From contig JBHGNT010000010.1 of the NCBI GenBank assembly GCA_043228905.1, positions 19,096,001-19,160,000 of the forward strand: DNA of 64,000 nucleotides, given 5' to 3'. Under the pieces are notes generated by a model. It did no database searches, had not been told where the DNA came from, and saw only the letters and a list, made by a program, of their open reading frames with translations. The stretch comes from Azolla caroliniana. Its lineage: Eukaryota > Plantae > Polypodiophyta. Of this stretch, positions 11,047 to 25,023 are shown piece after piece. Position 1 is the first letter of the stretch; each line of letters opens with the position of its first letter. The position numbers were made by a program, and so were the translations under genes.

Positions 11047-14000
11047 CTAGTTATGAACTTCCATTTCACAATCCACCATACCAGTACTAGACATGTCCCC
11101 CTGGTCCAAGCAACTATCATGTTTCACTATCTGTAGTATGCATTTGTATTCTTGGTCAAGTTCTACGAGTGTAGCTAGCATTGCATCATTCTCAATTGAA
11201 TCTTTGCCCTTTGAATTCATATTCTTCACTGGGGAAGCCTTGAGTTGAGGGGAAGGAGTATTGTCCTTTTCACAATTAATTGATGACTCAAATATAGATC
11301 TGGATAACCAGTCCTTCCAGATGGTCCTTTTGTATTTGTCCTCTTCTAGGGTACCAGAAGCTACCAGTCTGTACACAAAAACTTCCTTCTTTTGCCCTAG
11401 TCGGAATGCTCTACTCATAGCCTGTTTCATGACTGCTGGATTCCAAAGAATATCAAGGAAAACTACCCTTGAAGCCCCTGTCAATGTAATACCTTCACCA
11501 CAAGCTTTTATTGAGGCTAATAGTACTCTTATGTTTCCATTGGGTTTGTTGAAACAATCAATGACACCTTGTCTATCATCTAAAGAAAGGCTTCCATGCA
11601 GCTTCATGATTCCCTCTCCCTTCAGAAACTTAATATCTGACTGCAAAAGGTTCTCCAAAAACTCAAGTGGGGTGATATTTTGGCTGAATATAAGAAGTTT
11701 CTCATTTTGCACCTGGCACAAGCGCAGAAGTTCGATGACGAATCGCACTTTCATACTTTCCTCAGGATTAGTTACTAGGTCCCCAACTTTTGTTAGGTTC
11801 ACCTTTGCACATCCATCTTTATCCGACAAAATCTTGAACAAGTATGGATGAATACAAACGTTAGACACAACATACTCAAGCTCCAGGGCACTTTTTCGAT
11901 CCCACACCTTTGTTATCTCATAAAGAAGCCTCTCTTGTTTAGGGGAGGGTTTGAGAAAAATAGTGAAGTCATTTAATCCTGGAAGGCTCTTCAAAATCTC
12001 CCCTGTGTAGTAGTGAACAAATGACTGCGTCATTGACCTCAACCTATTTATAGTATTGTCCAAGAGTTTGCCTCTTTTTGTTTGACCATTTTCAAGTGTC
12101 TTTCCTATCTTTTCCATAAACAACCTTCTGGTATGTGATTCGACACCATCTTCAGTCCCTAGATCAGGTTCTGATTCTTCATCTGGACTAAATTTACATT
12201 TGTTTGTCTTGTGTGTTGGTATATTTAATGATTTCCACCTGCTTAAATTTGCATGGTTCACTTTAGGTGGGCGACCCCTACCACAATAAAACAGATGGGG
12301 AGAGTTGTTTTCTTGTGGCTGAAACATATCCTTCATGAAGGTGGGCCGTACCAAGTGAAACGTGTTAAATAGCTCACAACAGTTATTCTGAAATATGGTT
12401 CCTGATAAGAGAATTCGCAACTTGGTCTTTACTTGCATGAGAGATTTACGAAGTTTTGCGTCGTGATTTCGTGCAAGGTGTCCTTCGTCAAGGATAAGCA
12501 ATCCTGGCCTTTGTTGGAGCAACTTTCCAATATTGCTTGAAAAAACTGAAAGCCGTGGACTCTCATAATCTGTGAGCCGGGAAAAGAGTGCATAGCTAAC
12601 AATCAGGATGCTTTCTTCTTCGTGCCACTTGGATAACACCTGCATTCGATGCAAATTAAGGGCATTTCTTGTTGATATTTTAGAACCTGATTGCAGAGTG
12701 AAGGTTTTGATATCCCCTAGTTCTGGGGAGAACCTCTTTCTTTTAGAATCATGAGATGTATTTAGAATATGAACAGGTATATCAACATTCCACTTTTTGA
12801 ATTCCCTTTGCCATGGGCACAACATGATAGTCGGAGCAAGAATTAAAGGTCTGCAATTTGGGTTTAGTTTCAGATAACTTTTCAAGAAGCTAATAATAAG
12901 AAACGTTTTTCCTGTTCCTGGAGCATGAGAGATGATGCATCCTCCAGTTTCTCTTGTTACATCACTCTTTGCTGAGGATGGACCAATGGATCCGACAAGG
13001 TTCTTCCATAAAAACTCAAATCCATCTTTTTGATGATCGTGCATATCCTCTTTTAACTCGGGAATAAGATCCCAGACAGATGATTGTTGTATATCAGCTA
13101 TACCATTGTATGACTGACCATTTGTTTTTGTTAGGAGAGAGCGGGAAGCATCTTGTTCTTTGGGCTTGAATGATATATCGACCTCTCTTTCAGCATCTTC
13201 AGAACTTGTTTCTCTTTCATGTTTCTGTATTGAACTGCTTTTGAGCACCTGCACCCAAATATTCTCACTAGTCATTATGTATGTGACGTTGTATGCAGCT
13301 CGTTTTTTAAGCACAGAAACTAGAAAAATAATGGAGAACATGAGTGGAAAAACATTTGACAGCTCCTACACTCTGTATTCCATACCGTTGGTGGAAATAT
13401 GAGTTCTATACTGCAACCAACAAGTCCACAGGATCGACATATGAGGCCCTCTTCTTCTTCTATAATAAAATCATGGCATCCATCACAGCCCAATGGATCA
13501 TTTTCAATCATGGATCTGTCTTTATGTTCCTGTTTGTAAGGAATAAAAACATATCAGACTTCACAAATCACAGATGTCAATAACGCCAACCCAAACACAT
13601 GAACATTGAAGGAATACAGCTATCTTACCATAATGTTCGAGAATTGATCCTTATTCAGAGCTAATTCCATCTCTTTCCATAAATACTCCAACGGACTACC
13701 TTGTTCGTTTTGATGTTCATCAATGTTTTTTGCAGCAACATGAAAGATAATAGGATCCCAACTTACTTGTAGAGCTTTTGACTTAAGTGGTATCAGTGTC
13801 CAATCAGGATTCTGATTATCATCTCTCATCCCAAAAAGTTCATCAAATGACCACCCTCGATCATTCCAAACACTTGAGATGCCCAAATCTACAGCACACC
13901 TTTTAGTTTTGGCAATTGAATTTCTTGGTCTATATTTATTCCTAAACCTTTTCCTCACAAATGGAGACTCACAATCGGAAACATCTACTTTGGGAGTGCT

Positions 14001-17000
14001 TTCCTCATTATTTGTTGGTCTTTGAGAAGGTAGATTGTTCCAATCTAACTTTGAGATCTGAGAGGGTGTTATTTCTAAAGCTTTTTTGAAAAATTCATTG
14101 CATTGGGATTTACACTGTCCCATACTTGCCCTAATTTTATGTGTTTTTTTTAATGATTCTGATGATTGAGCTCTTTTTCTCTTTCTTTTTGGTGAATGTA
14201 AACTAAAACATTTGGTACTAGTTCCATTAATTTTGATAGTACATGCATTTGAGAGCATGTAACCCTTGCTTGTTGGTTGACGTTGCCCATGTTGCAGACA
14301 AGCATTTGAAAGCATATAATTCTTGGTTGTTTGAGATGATCCATGCTGGAGACAAGAATTCAGATCATTGTTGTGCAACCCTCTTGATAGAAGGCAAAAT
14401 AATTTGCGTTGCCAACCTTTTCTCTGGATGGAAATGACCATATTGATCATAGATGAAAGTGACTGAGACCTTCTTTCTGCTTCATTGTTGATCTCCTTAT
14501 GACAAATATATTTCCTTTTAATATGCTGGAAAAATGCATTGTCTCTACTTCTTTCAATTTCACATAGGTTCTCTGCATCTATTGAGCCATTTTTCATCAT
14601 ATTTATCTGCTTGTTATCCTGATTGGTTTTTATGGTTTTCCTACTTTGACCATGACTTTCACTCTGTTGTTTTCTCCGTTGCCGTACCATAAAAAATGCT
14701 CCTGAATATTTATTTGCTGTACAACCAACATTCTTGCTTTCACTCTGTGCATTGGTTTCAGCAGCTGTTTTTTTATTTGATTTCTTTTTTAACTCATCTG
14801 GGAATACGTGATGCTCTTTAGATGATAACGAAGCTTCTTGCACAGACTCAGATTGAAATGATATATTTCCTTTGATATCTTGAATAGTCATAGCTCGCAA
14901 CAGGCTACCCTCTTGTGGCTGTTCTGGAGTATCACTAATATCAACTCCACGTGCTCTCATACTAATTTTAGTCTTTCCCGTAGGTGATGTTGGGCAGTTC
15001 AAACTTTTAGAAGGGGATATCGTACATATCCTCTTTGCGATCTTACTAACATCAAGCTCTTTGCATCCATTTCCTGACTTATAAGCAAGATACCTTGTAT
15101 CGACAGACCAAACCCTTGGAGCCACTGATTCTGACCTCATTTCTCTCTGGACAACTGACAAGTCTGACATGAAAGGCTTCCTAAGAATGCCAAGATGATC
15201 AATATGATAGTATCTTCTCGTCCCTGATATCAAAGGCCGTGAAGTGGTTTGTTTTAAAATGTCATTCTCATTTGCACTATACAACTGAACTTCAAATGCA
15301 CATGTACAGCTTGGATTATGCCCCCTCCTCCTTATGGAGATAAGCTTTCCATCATGCCATGCCTGCAACCAAATCAATCCAAACATCTTCAATATATTTA
15401 TTTCAGATGAAAGGGTTGTTGTACTGCTATTCATAGAAACATAAAGGAGGTTTTATGAGAGCAGTATGGTCCAAATAATTACAAGCAGCACAAAATATTT
15501 GTATACATATAAAGTGCATATTGATGGCATCCACACTCAGGTAGCTCTGGTTTACAAGTTGTTTGTCCATACCAATATTGGTTAACCCAAGCATCTGCAA
15601 ACTTTCGAAGAGTTTGTATTTCCAAAGAGAAAGTTTTACAGACTACTATTGCAAAATCAACAAAAAAGTGATTAGGCTCATTTGAGGACAACAGCAAGAG
15701 TTGCAGTTCCAACCTACAGAAAGGAAAATAGCACACTAAACAGTTCATGTTCCAAGCTTTGAATGTGATTGTAGTCACATGAACCTACAATGCCTTGGGG
15801 AATTTAGGAGGTCATATATAATACACTCACACAAAACGTACATCTGTTTGTATGTGGAATAGATGGTACTTTATTTAATTAGATATAAGATACCGTATAA
15901 GGACACTGATCTCTCGACTAAAGATTTGAGTGTAGAAAAGTATAGAAAAAGAAGAAGCAAAAGCATGCAGCCTATATAATTGTCACATATCAAAGACAGA
16001 AGTAGAGGCAATGTAGCTATTGTGTGCAATTTTGTTGCAATATACATAGGAACTTTATAGAATAGTCAAAAGAGATTAGAAATGGCATTTTCTTATTTTA
16101 TTTGACTCCAAAAACTACAATGATTAAAAACCCTTACAAAAGCATTATTCATGTCTGAAGCATACGGAAGAGTGGAATAGACAGCAACATCGATTCCAGG
16201 CTTCAGAAAGTGGCCACAATCACGATCACATGCTCTTCTAAGGCGATGTCTCACAAATGGTAATGGGACTTCTTTATCTCCATATCCCAAAAAATGTACA
16301 AGGAAGTTTCCTTTTTGGATCGCAAGGAGTTCAACATCCCACCACGCACCTTTGTCAAATGCTTCTAGCACTATCACAAGAAAATCACCACATAAATTAT
16401 AATGTCGAAATAAAGGAAAGTTGAAAGAAAAAACATTTCAAGTTTATAGTCTTATAACTGGTTCCTCATCTCTCACTATCTCTCTTCCTCCTATTTTCCT
16501 CTATTTCTGCCATATTCTCCTCCCTTTGGAGATTACACAGCAGCTAATGTGTGATATTGAACACGACACATGGGATTAGTAAACGTATAGAGGACAGCTG
16601 TGTTGATACATCTAGAACCAGACTATAATATTTTAGCGTGTTATTTGGCTGCTTTTGGCCTTCATTATTTTCTAGTCAATCTATTCAATGATTTTTTTCT
16701 AGAAAATCTATTGAATGAATTACACCTCTCACCACAGTGCTTTCCTCATTTTCTAGAACTGTACTGTATCTACTCTGTGACAGCAACTCATATCCTGCTA
16801 CTGTACAATTGTGAGCTCTATACTTGTTTCTGCATATGGAAGCACGGATCCATGTAAATGGATAACAACTTTTCCATTTGGTAAAATTCTCTCTAAACAT
16901 AAAACGCAGCAATGGTGGAGAAAACATATCCTGGGCTGGGGTTTCAAAGAGGGCAGAATAAGGCTCGACACATTGGCTAAGTTTTATGCCCCTTTGTCTC

Positions 17001-20000
17001 ACGTGTGGGCTAAATAGATGGCAAAAGGAAGAAGTGACAAGTGTTGAGGGAATGTCATTTCTCCTTTTTGTATCATAAGCAAGAATAATTCATTTTTGCA
17101 TGATAAGCGAGAGTTGCAAATTTTTTATGTTTATGACTATTTAAGGAGAAGAGAGAGAGAGTTTTTTTAAATCTTTTTCAGTTATTTGCCTTGTTAAGAC
17201 TCGTCCCCAGGTTTCTACTCCATAGTAAGAAGAGAGAGATCAATCTTGTTCTCAATATACTAACATTCTCAAGTCAGATACATTGTAATTTTTTTCTTCA
17301 AAAGATCTCTGGCATAGGTCAATACATAATGGAAAGGCCTCTGAAGCGAGGGAAGAACCTATGATGGCAAGAGTTAATGGCCTTTGTTTGTCGATGACCA
17401 AGGTGCTGAGATGGTGGTACATGAGGCCGGGGACTACGTGCATGTCAAATTTCTATTGCCCAATCTATTGTAACCCCTTTGCAATCTTGTGGTAAGGAAC
17501 CCATTTGTATAGCCCTTGATTGACTTGTAGCATGAGTAGGAGTGATAGGGCAAAAGGCAGTTGTGATTGTTCTTTGTTTGTGTGGTTGCATTGTTGTCCT
17601 TCAACAACTTCTCCCTGTGTCTCTTGGGTTCTAGCAAGAAAAGCCCCAAAAAAGTTCAGAAATTGTATTATATTACCTTGCATAGTGGGCCAAATCCTTG
17701 CTTAAAGAGGCAATGTTATCTCCCTCTTATTTCAGATAAACACTACATTTGACAAACATGGTGTTCTTCAAATTCCACTCCTTGATGACACAATTGGAAA
17801 ATTCTTTCTTCTCTAAGTATTCATGCATTTCTACCTACCTCAATCTCTAACTAATGTGATGAAGTTCATAGCTGGCCTATAAGACTGTGTAGCGTAGTCC
17901 ATATAAGATGACCTGATGATGAATCCATCCTCCGATGCGTAAAAAATGTCTTATAGTGGGCCATCTTTCTACCAAGTGATATTTTGGGGCTGTTATCTTG
18001 TTTTCCAAGTTAATTATGTCACTTTAAATCACTCTGTTCTTTTACAATTTGGTCATATTGACAATTTAATTCATGGCTCTTGGAACTGCAAATATGCACA
18101 TTGTCTTTCAAGTGCAAGGGCTGCATATCCACGAGAAAGTAGAGCACAAGCTGTCTCCCATAAGGAGACCTGAGGCCCAATGAATGTTACTCCTAGGTAT
18201 GTGTAGGATCGTGTGTATGCCACCTTTTCCTCTCCCAATAAAGATTCTGGTTTTGATCTTGTTACTAATGTTTGACTGGTGTTAACCACCATCGCTTTAG
18301 TTTCATCTATGTTTACCGACAATTTTTTGTGCGTACAAAATACTTTTAAGGCGTTTAGATGTCTTTGTAGTCCTTTTGGAGTGTTGGGGGGGAAGAGAGA
18401 TGCATATTCTGGGAAGGGGAAATATAAATGGTGTTCTAGTTTGGTTACAAGGATTTTAATATTTTGATCTTTGGATGTTCTTTGAGAGACAGGTGTATGT
18501 GTTACTTCTTTGTGTGCGTCCATTTGGATGAATCATATGCAGGATTAGGTGGACTAAAGAGAATCTGCTCAAATATACAGTTCTAAGATCCAAGTATATG
18601 ATGTGGCTGTTTAATAGTTTGGTCACATATGGAATCATTTTGAAGTACGAATTGTGGAACCTAGCCTAGACCACCATTGCAGGTTTTAGGTGCCAAGGGA
18701 TGGAGCCCAATAGAGAAGCCTCTTCTATCCATGATCTCAAGAATGATTCTGCCAATATTTGGTCTAAGATAGTAGTAGAGTCTCATGCTGGATGATTCTG
18801 TTTTGGATGCAACTTCTTCTGGTTGACTATTATACTACATAACCTAGAGAATGCATTTGATGGACACACATATATCCACGTCTCCATGGACAACAAAGGG
18901 ATAGATGCTTACAGGGATGCTCCCCTTCAAATGTGCAATAGTCCAAAGACATATTATTGATGAAGTTAGAAGACCACAAACGATTTTTCATATAGGAGGG
19001 AGGCACAATGGCAACAGCATTGTTGACTAATTCTAGATTTTGAAGAAGCTAAGCTTCTTGTTCAAAGATTTATGCTTGGTGCTTAGCACTCCAAGAGAGG
19101 ATCTTGGAGGTTATCATTGGATATGGTGATCACACTGCTATATGCAGATTATGAGGGGCAGCTTGCACATCTAGTGATTAACATCCAATGGACCAAGATC
19201 ATGCTTGTCAACTGACTCTTGTAAAAGCGTCCTCTTTTTGCTTACAATAACATGCATCTTGAAGTTGTAGAGAAATTGAAGTAGCTCAGACTTGATGTTC
19301 CCACCAACTACAGATAGCACAGATGCACAATAAGATGGAGTGAGGGACAGGAGGCTTAATTTGCATTTGGAGTACCATTTACCAAGGCCACATCAAGTGT
19401 TGGGCGATTAAAGAATATGAATTTGATACATTGGTCCTGCTTGTCCTCCTACAGCATTTCCCCATATACAGTGTCATTATTAAACATGTTTTAGCAAGCA
19501 TGTAACATAAAATTGTTTCAGGCTACATGTGAGACACAAAAAATCAAGTTGATTTGGTCGTGGAGAAGATAAAAGGCAAATGCACTATTGGGAATGATCT
19601 ACATGGTTGTTGTACATTCACATGTAGATAGCACAATCTGTCTTTATTTCTTATATTTAATTCGTCTTGCCACTTATTGCATGGCCACAATACCAAATTG
19701 AAGTCAGAAACTTTGGAGTTGTTTTGGTGACCTACCTAAAAACAGCCACACAAGTTTGCACTCCTATGCACCTTCTCTCAGAGGACACAGTATAATTGCA
19801 CACCCATACTGTAGCCGATACTTTGGCATCGTCATCGTAATATTCCGTGGTGTTCTTTCATTTTAAGACAGAAGCAAGTGCCCCAGCATATCAAATGGTA
19901 ACCAAAGAAATTCCATGAGGCTTGACTTTCTAGCCAAAATAGTGCAGCCATGTATCCCAAACAGGAATATATGGGATTCAAGATGTGACAAAAATTTATG

Positions 20001-22013
20001 GAAACATTTTAGAAGTTTGAGGAACCCAAATGAACACATGGATTGTGTATGCCCCAAGAGTCCTTTATGAAAAGTCTTCCAAATGCTCTTAAATGCTTAA
20101 TTTCTTGTGTCGAATGGTGCCTTTATTTTATGATGCTTGCCTTGAGGATTGGCATTGCTTCCCTAATCTTAGTTAGCCAGGTTTACTCTTTCAACAAAAA
20201 ATATAGTGTCGGTTTACAGCCCAGGCCAAAGGTCGAAACATGTTGCACAACACAAACAACACTGCCTAATGAATTATGCCAGGCTAATATTTATCATAAA
20301 ACACATTTCCCTTTGTGGGAAATATGTTCCATTTGAAAATTATGTGCCTAAAGAGCATAATGTAGCAATTGTATAATCTTATTGCTTACTGCATATTGTG
20401 GGCAAGAGCGCATGAATAATATAATCAATGTTTTTTAGTTCAGTGCATGTCATCATTCTAATCATAGGCCAGTGTTAAAAATAATAATTTTGCAAAAAGA
20501 TAATAGTCTCTCATCTCAATTTGTCGAAATAATTACTGAAAAGACCCATCATTCTTATCATAACCCAATGTTAAAAACAAAATGACTTTACCATGAGTTG
20601 ATAATTTCTCATCTACATTTGTCTAAATAGTTTGTGAAAAAACTCCAATTTCAAAATGCCACCTGAAAGGCACTAAATTCCCTTCTTTATTCTAAAAAAT
20701 GTCAGATTTTGGAGGTATTTTTACAGTCAATTTCGATAATCAAGGGAGTTTTTGAAAAAATCCGATTACAAGATAAACAAGACTTTATCCTAGAACATCT
20801 CATAATTAAAAATCAAAGGAGTTTTCAGAGAATATGCAAAAACCAAATTACATTACTAAATTCAATTTTTATGTAGAACATTTCATAATTAGAGGCATCT
20901 ATACCTTGAAGCCTGAAACTAGCTTCAAGTTACATAAAACAATTCTGATCAGAAAATGCATCATAGTTTAGATATCTTCGTTTCTTCAAATTACAAAAAC
21001 TCAGGTTTTTGTTTGAAAAACATCTCCCTGATTTAGAGGTATCCATATCGTTGGTTTTATAGATTTTTAAGATGTTCTTCCAATGCGCAAATTTTTCAAA
21101 CCTAATGCAGGAACAATTTTCAAGGTTTTATTATTATTTTGGAACACCTGTTCATCGAAACTACTATTCACAAATAATCATGAACAGAAGAAGAAAGCAG
21201 AGAAATGGTGGTATAACATGACTTACTTGGTTTCAGTGTGGCTACGCCTCGAAAAATTAAGTTTTCTTTTTCTTTCTTTCTTTGATGTTCATCGACTCCT
21301 TTTCCTGTGGTTGCGTTTTGGCAGGGAATCGCAGAATTTGAAGCTGCAGCCATGGAAGCATCCTTCAGATTATTGCCAGCAAATTTTACTGATCTATGCA
21401 TCAAACCCTCTACTTCTTCTACCTGAGTAAGACTGTTGACTTCATTCTCCAACCCTGGCTTCCTCTTTCTCTTCTTCTTCTTTTCGTCATTTGTGTTTAT
21501 AATCTGAGCTACGCATTCTCTGCATGTAGTCTGAAGAGGTTGCACAGTTGATCCGATATTATAACTGTTCGAGAGGGATCGATCATGAGCTGAAAAATCC
21601 GCACATTTTCCTTCTTCTTTTGCCTCTTGATCTGTACGCTCTGCTTCTAGTCTGTCGTCTTCTTCTTCATCATCTTTTTCTTGTTCGTTTCCTGCCTTTT
21701 CTTCTTCGTTTCCTTCTGTTTCGTTTCCTTCTTGACCTGCATACTGTTCTTGTGCGTCGTCATCATCTTCTTCTGCTTCTTTCATTTCTTCTTCTGATCC
21801 TCGATGATCTAAATTGTCTCCACTTCCGTGTTTTTCTTCTTCTTCGGCGCCATCTGCTTTTCTCACTCCTTTACCTTCTTCGTCATCTTCTGCTTCTTCT
21901 TCTGCTTCTTCTTCTTCTGCTGCTGCTGCTTCTTCGTGTATTCCTTTTGCACTGCTTCCTCTTCTCCTGAGGTGGAGGCGTTCTTTGAGCCTCATGGCGA
22001 GGTCCTTCGCCAT
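11047..22013 (-). CDS. CLSY: CLASSY (CLSY1/2-like) SNF2-family chromatin remodeller of the RNA-directed DNA methylation pathway
   Basis: Phase-compatible exons: 22013-21227 (acidic N-terminus), 16370-16138 (LEAFDKGAWWDV, Tudor/SAWADEE-like), 15362-13629 (AWHDGKLISIRR..CTC), 13529-13386 (CHDFIIEEEEGLICRSCG motif), 13248-11047 (GGCIISHAPGTGKT, ILDEGH, LSGTIFQNN, ASIKACGEGITLTGASRVV, WNP..QAMSRAFRLGQ). Joining the first exon is inferred from phase. Confidence 0.88.
17230..17850 (-). mobile_element. Decayed Ty3/Gypsy RT-RNase H fragment in CLSY intron 1
   Basis: Minus-strand translation includes 'EEKNYNVSDL', resembling Gypsy RNase H 'AEKNYSxxDxE'. Many frameshifts. Confidence 0.45.
17990..18900 (-). 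mobile_element. Decayed non-LTR (LINE) reverse transcriptase fragment
   Basis: ORF 18071-18523 has 'GLQRHLNALKVFC..KLSVNIDETKAMV' and 'YTYLGVTF', typical LINE RT C-terminal motifs. Confidence 0.75.
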
Positions 22014-23339
22014 GGATCCTGCAGCTTGCTTCTCTGAGAAGCCTCTTGCGACGGCGAAAGCAAAAAACGCAAAACCAATTACAAAGAAAATATATATATA
22101 CATAAAATAAATAAATGTTTTTAAAAATGTCAAAAAACCTTGCCAATTATACTCATGCAATAAAATATGACGCGTGTAAAAAGACGAAATTAGATCTTTT
22201 TTATTTATTATTATTCACTTTTTGCATGGCGAGCATATACATTACATAAATCAATAGTTAATTAAGCTTGAAGCGTTTCAGTTATTTGCTTTTTTTGTAT
22301 CCAATGAAAAGTAAAACAAACACCCTCAATTTTATTTTTTTATTTTTTATTTGCCAACAAACAAAACTCCTTCCATTAGTTATAGAAACAAACCCTCAAA
22401 ATTAATAATAATAATAATCCAAAAACAAACCCTCAAATTATATTCCTGCAAGTTGCATCTTGTATTAATTATTTACGTGTGGCATCTTTGTTCTGTTTTC
22501 TTGCATGGAGGGGAGTCCCACTCACGAGTCAATGGGAATGCCTCGGTCGATCCGACTTGAACCTATCTCCTCCTCTGCCTTGCATGTCACTCCTTTTAGT
22601 CAAGAGGTGCATGGGTGTGAATCGAACCTATATCCACACAGTGATGCATAATATACTAGAAGATGATGAAATGAGGTAGGGTGCTTTTACATGTGAAGAA
22701 TCTCAATGGCTACATTATTGGGTTTAGGGTTTACACAACATGAAATGGATTGGCCATCTGTGCGTGTAAACTAATACTGAAACTCGAATAAAGAGAGGGC
22801 ATCTTAATGCCATCGTTATTGTGAACTTTGAGATAATATTCAATTTAAGTAGGGGTATGATCAATTTGATGGAATGCCTAGTTGTGATGTTAAGGCTCAA
22901 AGTTTACTTGTAATGCTAACTTATTGGTTTTTGAAGCTAGATGTTATTGTTGATTGTATCCAATTATGGAGAGGCGATATTTTAGTCAACGTTACAATGG
23001 AGTAATGTCGATTTTATCAAGACATCAAGGAGGACATTTTATGTCATCCCCTATATCTAAAACGGTGCTACCTTGATTGTTGCATACCCAACTAACTTGA
23101 AGCATTGTTGTTCGAACATTCAGCAATGCAATCACAATGTATTTACTTCTCAAGACATAAAATTTGGTCACGATTTTAATTATAAGCAATCCCTTTGCTT
23201 GTTGAGCATATTTGAAGACTTTTACACAATTTATAAAAGTGACGGTTTCATGTGTTAGCATGTAATGCTTGTTAAGATTATGGATACAAATATTTGTCTT
23301 TGCTTGGGTTATTTGAGCGGTGAAGGGACAATATTTGCA

Positions 23340-23760
23340 ACATAATAGTTGTTTTAATCACACTTACTCACAAATGATAGAAGAAGTGTACAAAATGCAT
23401 CAAGTTTTTGGACTTAATAATTATACTTGTTGATCCTAATGCTATAGCATTTGTTTCCATGTTGAAAGTTTGTGGAAGCATGCAAACTGCTGATAGAAAT
23501 ACATGTTGTCATTGCCAAAGAGGGAATTTTAGAAAGAGATCTAGTTATCGGCACTGCTTTATTGGATATGTATGTAAAATATGGCATAATTGTCAAAGCA
23601 CAATAAGTATTTGACAACCTTCCAGCTTAGAACATAGTAACATGGAATATGTTAATATCAAGATATGTTGAGCATGGTAATGGTGATGAAGCTCTCAAGC
23701 TTTATGAGAGAATGCAACTTGAGGGTGTGCAAAATGTAACTATCTTTACCTAGAAAGATT
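23340..23760 (+). pseudogene. PLS-PPR pseudogene fragment
   Basis: DPNAIAFVSMLKVCG; RDLVIGTALLDMYVKYG..KAQ*VFDNLPA*NIVTWNMLISRYVEHG, with in-frame stops and frameshifts. Confidence 0.8.
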
Positions 23761-24278
23761 GGACTATTGGACTATATTTTGTATATTGCCTCTGGCCACT
23801 TTAATTTCAATACCAATGGAGGATATTTTCTCAAAAAAAAAAAAAAAAAAAAACTTGTTTATCATAGAATATCGATAGGTAGGTTTGTAGTTCACATTCC
23901 AAAGGGCAATAACATCATTTCCTCCTCAATGTATTGCGATAATTTGGAGACATAAAACAACAACCTCAACTTTGCAAAACCTTGAAATGATCTAATGTGA
24001 ATTTACACACAAGAGAGACTCCCCAATATACAAGTGTTCATCTCCTCCCCATCGCACATATTTCCTTTAAATTCATGGAAGGCCCCTATATTTTCTTAAT
24101 TTCCCGAAATGCCTTTACGGGGGTCAACAAGGATCCCACTTTTTTTATTACCAATTATTTGTGATAGCTTTATTGACCAGGGGTATACGGGGAATAAAAA
24201 AAACTTTAGGGGTATTTTGGACCTGATTCGATAACACACTCTCTATCTCTATCTCTCACTCTCACTCTGTTTCTCTCA

Positions 24279-24313
<35 letters not shown>

Positions 24314-25023
24314 CGCGCACGTGATCATCTAGTGCTCTCTTCGTGGTTTGCACACGGATTGATCCAGGTATGCAGATTGATTTCTAATTCGAACTTGATA
24401 CATTCTCAACGTATGGATGCATATGTATGATGTTAGATTAAAACACAACCACACAAGATTTGTAATATGTGAAATGGTTATGGTGTACATTTAATCGGAA
24501 GGGAGTCGTGAGATGTATTTCCATGTACACAACAGAGCCTATTGCCGGAAGAGATGCTTGTGACTTTTAATACATTCACTTTCAGTCAATCTTAAACTAT
24601 TTTCATACAGGTATGTAAGAGATAAGAGTAAAACTGCAGTAACTTTGCATCTGTTCATCATGGTAAGGATAGGGCAGTAGGAGAGATGATAATTATTTGT
24701 AATACAATTCAGTTAATGAATCACATTCATATATTTATGTGTACATCATGGTAAAGATATTGATCTGGAAGAAATGCTTATGATATGTACTAAATTCAGT
24801 TCATTTAATCGAGTTACATCACTCTCAACATATAGATGTTAAGAGGGCTAGATTAAATTAAACAACACAATTTTGGATGAGTTAACTGGAAGAGATGATA
24901 GTGATATCCAACGCATATACATTCAATTCATTCACTATTGGCAGAAATGTGTGAAGGAGATCCGCTTGGATATTCAAGTACTTGTGCATCTTTAGTTCAA
25001 AAGGGCTCTGTTTTCAATCAATT

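Noticed and set aside
11261-11851. 196-aa plus-strand ORF (also 8229-8618, 21548-21970, 25428-25856, 40518-40991)
   Set aside because: Antisense shadows of real coding exons.
15479-15778. 99-aa minus ORF within CLSY
   Set aside because: Flanking exons join in phase without it and it has no recognisable motif; treated as intron.
19300-20400. Possible MULE transposase/SWIM remnants
   Set aside because: The motifs are too degraded to support without a search.
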